From IMG/VR virus record IMGVR_UViG_2734482786_000005, positions 1 through 16,166 of that record: a stretch of 16,166 nucleotides of DNA; one strand, 5' to 3'. The position numbers and the translations under genes are program-made. Each line of letters begins with the position of its first letter. Position 1 is the stretch's first letter. Below, piece by piece: positions 14,191 through 16,166 of this stretch. The notes below the pieces were generated by a model, which saw nothing but the letters and a program-made list of their open reading frames with translations, was not told the origin of the DNA and made no database searches. This stretch comes from a virus (taxonomy: Duplodnaviria > Heunggongvirae > Uroviricota > Caudoviricetes).

Positions 14191-15318
14191 TTATTGACCA
14201 TTTGGATAGTAAATTTTCATAAGCCTCTCTTTTTCTTTGTTGAATTCTTTATCAAAATCAATTTTTTTGTCTAAATTAGAATGTAAGTCATTTAACGCTT
14301 TAACAAGAACCCAAGCGCTGTGGTGGATGAATGGGTTTAATCCAATAATGTTTCCTGCAGAATTATCGTCAACTTTCTCAACTGCTAAAATCGCTTGGAT
14401 TTTTTTACAGCTTTCCTGAATATTCCAATCTGAAACATGTAGTAATAATGCAGATAAAGCCATGAGTGGGTTGTTTGCTTTAATAGATGTAGGGGTGTAA
14501 CTAATAATCATACGGAGTCGAGGGTGGTAGTCTCGAATCAGTCTCGCCATTCGAGTAGCTATCTCATATTTTTCGTTGAGAATTGATCTGTCAAATGTTG
14601 ACGTCCCAGAGTCTTTAATTAATATAGTTCTTGCTTTTTTGACTACTGATTTAAGTCTTACATTCCAAAGCTCAGGATTCTCATGACGGTCTAGATAGAA
14701 TTGAGGATGCTTGAAATAAAGAGATTGATATACTTCCTCGTTGATATCGAACCAACTTTTGTTTATGGCGCTGAGATCGACAACATAATTATCATTGTTT
14801 CTCTTATATCTAATCAATGAGGCCTTTGCAAGGTAGATTATGTGAGGGCTTAAATTAAATGTAAAAGTGCCTTTTTCTCTTAAATCTAAGAACCATTGGC
14901 GCATGTTACGTATATCTTCTTGCGTAAAAATCTTCTCCTGAATTCCCGCACAGACCATAAGACCTATTAAGCGTGTCGCTTCAGAACCCGAGCGCATAAA
15001 ATCAATTTGGCCTTCATTTGAAACAACGTTCAACTTATCATCGCCAGTATAAAAATCACAAAATGGGAGGTGAGAGTCTTTACCTAGATTGTCTCGAAAT
15101 GCAAAGTGTGCTTGCTTTACAACTTTGCCGTTACTGAGAGATCTTCCTTCCGAAACGTAATAACCACCAGAAACATTGCATGCCGGGCATTCAACATCCT
15201 CTTTAACAAAATCTCTAAAACTTAGAGAAGGATCTGAGTTGCTACGTTCGAAAAGGTTTTCCAACTGCTTAGCATCCAGCTCACGCTTAAATTTTCTAGA
15301 ATAGGCCGTTATCGTCAT
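14191..15318 (-). CDS. hypothetical protein, partner of the SIR2-like gene (376 aa from the preferred start)
   Basis: Track ORF 14191-15384. I prefer ATG at 15316-15318 (MTITAYSRKF...) because AAGGAG lies 6 nt upstream. Co-oriented with the SIR2-like gene and 91 bp upstream of it. AT-rich. Contains CPACN ... LPFCDF cysteines. I see no Walker A and no TIR-like signature. Confidence 0.65.
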   Translation of the reverse strand: MTITAYSRKFKRELDAKQLENLFERSNSDPSLSFRDFVKEDVECPACNVSGGYYVSEGRSLSNGKVVKQAHFAFRDNLGKDSHLPFCDFYTGDDKLNVVSNEGQIDFMRSGSEATRLIGLMVCAGIQEKIFTQEDIRNMRQWFLDLREKGTFTFNLSPHIIYLAKASLIRYKRNNDNYVVDLSAINKSWFDINEEVYQSLYFKHPQFYLDRHENPELWNVRLKSVVKKARTILIKDSGTSTFDRSILNEKYEIATRMARLIRDYHPRLRMIISYTPTSIKANNPLMALSALLLHVSDWNIQESCKKIQAILAVEKVDDNSAGNIIGLNPFIHHSAWVLVKALNDLHSNLDKKIDFDKEFNKEKERLMKIYYPNGQ

Positions 15319-15531
15319 TTCGGTCTCCTTTCGAAGGGAGCTTAACTTTATCATAGGATGATCATAAAGGGAGCTGTACGGCAAACATCACTAAGGTTGG
15401 GCCTGAAACACAAATTCCCTAAGTGCAATTTTGACGTCTAACTTACTTGATGTGCTTCAAGGCGGTTCTTACATTGTGGTATCAACAACAATAGAATGTT
15501 TTTTAAACAATTTAGATAGCAACAAGCAAGT

Positions 15532-15555
15532 CTGGGGGTACTTTTGGGGGTATCT
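15532..15555. promoter_or_regulatory. TGGGGGTAC-TTT-TGGGGGTAT motif pair near attR (matches the motif pair near int)
   Basis: CTGGGGGTACTTTTGGGGGTATCT at 15532-15555 matches TGGGGGTACTTATGGGGGTAT at 1559-1579. Confidence 0.45.
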
Positions 15556-15614
15556 AATGATTGCGTAATAGTTTTTTTATATACATATCAATGTGTTGAT
15601 TTCTACAATTTGTT

Positions 15615-15632
15615 CCTATTATCGCACCATTT
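15615..15632 (+). repeat. attR core (degenerate copy of the tRNA-Thr 3' end)
   Basis: CCTATTATC-GCACCATT against tRNA CCTATTATCGGCACCATT. Identical apart from a missing G. Confidence 0.7.
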
Positions 15633-15755
15633 AAATCAAGTAGTTACCCCATATTTAAATACACCACGTTTCCTCCTGTGCCGTATTTGTGCCATTGTAA
15701 CCCTGGCAATTCATCAAAATACTGTTCTGACATCAGGCAATGCAGGTGCAGACAT

Positions 15756-16166
15756 TTAAGCCAATTGCTGCCGCCATTCCTTGACGTGGTCAATCAGGGC
15801 GCGGAGCTTTGGTGCAATATTGCGACGCTGTGGGAAATACAGATAGAAGCCTGGAAATTGTGGAAGAAAGTCATCAAGCAGCGATACAAGCTTACCGCTT
15901 TCAATATATGGCCTGAAAGTTTCCTGAGTGGCAATTGTTATTCCTCCGCCGGCAAGAGCCAGCCTCAACATCAGACGCAGATCATTAGTCGTAATCTGCG
16001 GTTCAATCGCAAGGTCGAAAGTTCTCCCGTTTTCTTCAAATGGCCAGCGATAAGGCGCAACCTCCGGGGACTGACGCCAGCCGATACACTTATGGGTATT
16101 TCCCCCGGAGGCGAGAAAGCGCTCTCCACGCCCGGCCGCAAGGATCAGGACGACGGGGGCAGGCAT
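15756..16166 (-). CDS. LysR-family transcriptional regulator, C-terminal effector-binding portion (gene continues beyond window end)
   Basis: Open frame running from the window edge to a stop at 15756-15758. The C-terminal sequence ...LALAGGGITIATQETFRPYIESGKLVSLLDDFLPQFPGFYLYFPQRRNIAPKLRALIDHV is characteristic of LysR substrate-binding domains. Core-like G+C. Confidence 0.7.
   Translation of the reverse strand: MPAPVVLILAAGRGERFLASGGNTHKCIGWRQSPEVAPYRWPFEENGRTFDLAIEPQITTNDLRLMLRLALAGGGITIATQETFRPYIESGKLVSLLDDFLPQFPGFYLYFPQRRNIAPKLRALIDHVKEWRQQLA

Larger units (their letters stand above)
1428..15632. mobile_element. Integrated satellite-like island (PICI-like / P4-like) at tRNA-Thr, about 14.2 kb
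   Basis: A tRNA 3'-end direct repeat sits at both ends (1428-1446 and 15615-15632, the latter with a 1-bp gap). The integrase gene is adjacent to the tRNA. Contents are int, alpA, a replication protein with iterons, and an AT-rich cargo at the far end. Core genes proA and a LysR-type regulator flank it. Confidence 0.8.

Noticed and set aside
13291-14419. Plus-strand ORFs 13291-13476 and 14237-14419
   Set aside because: They are antisense inside the two cargo genes. Stop-poor frames are expected by chance in AT-rich DNA.
12600-15318. Assigning the cargo pair to Thoeris (ThsA/ThsB) or SIR2-HerA
   Set aside because: The partner lacks an obvious TIR signature and any Walker A/B ATPase motif, and at 376 aa its size fits neither ThsB nor HerA well. 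Family membership is left open pending profile searches.
15544-15759. Plus-strand ORF 15544-15759
   Set aside because: It spans the attR repeat and the island-chromosome junction. No RBS. Unlikely to be a gene.

Overview
The window runs from a complete proA gene and tRNA-Thr (CGU, thrW-type) into a roughly 14.2 kb integrated element, then ends in the 3' part of a LysR-type regulator gene. The element is bounded by the tRNA 3' end (attL, 1428-1446) and a degenerate copy of it (attR, 15615-15632). Its backbone resembles a phage-inducible chromosomal island or P4-like satellite: tyrosine integrase, AlpA regulator, a divergent small ribbon-helix-helix gene with a perfect 16-bp palindrome, a 710-aa primase/helicase-like replication protein followed by an iteron-rich putative origin, ProQ/FinO-like and PerC-like genes, and a gene whose N-terminus resembles a terminase small-subunit DNA-binding domain, followed by a repeat array. 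The most interesting part is the AT-rich 3' accessory region (about 12.5-15.4 kb). It carries two co-oriented minus-strand genes: a 376-aa protein I cannot assign to any family, and a 499-aa protein with SIR2-type motifs (GAGFS, TTNYD, HG). I read this as a candidate NAD-targeting anti-phage system whose partner does not look like a Thoeris TIR protein or a HerA ATPase. All calls rest on reading the sequence and on recalled family signatures; no searches were run.
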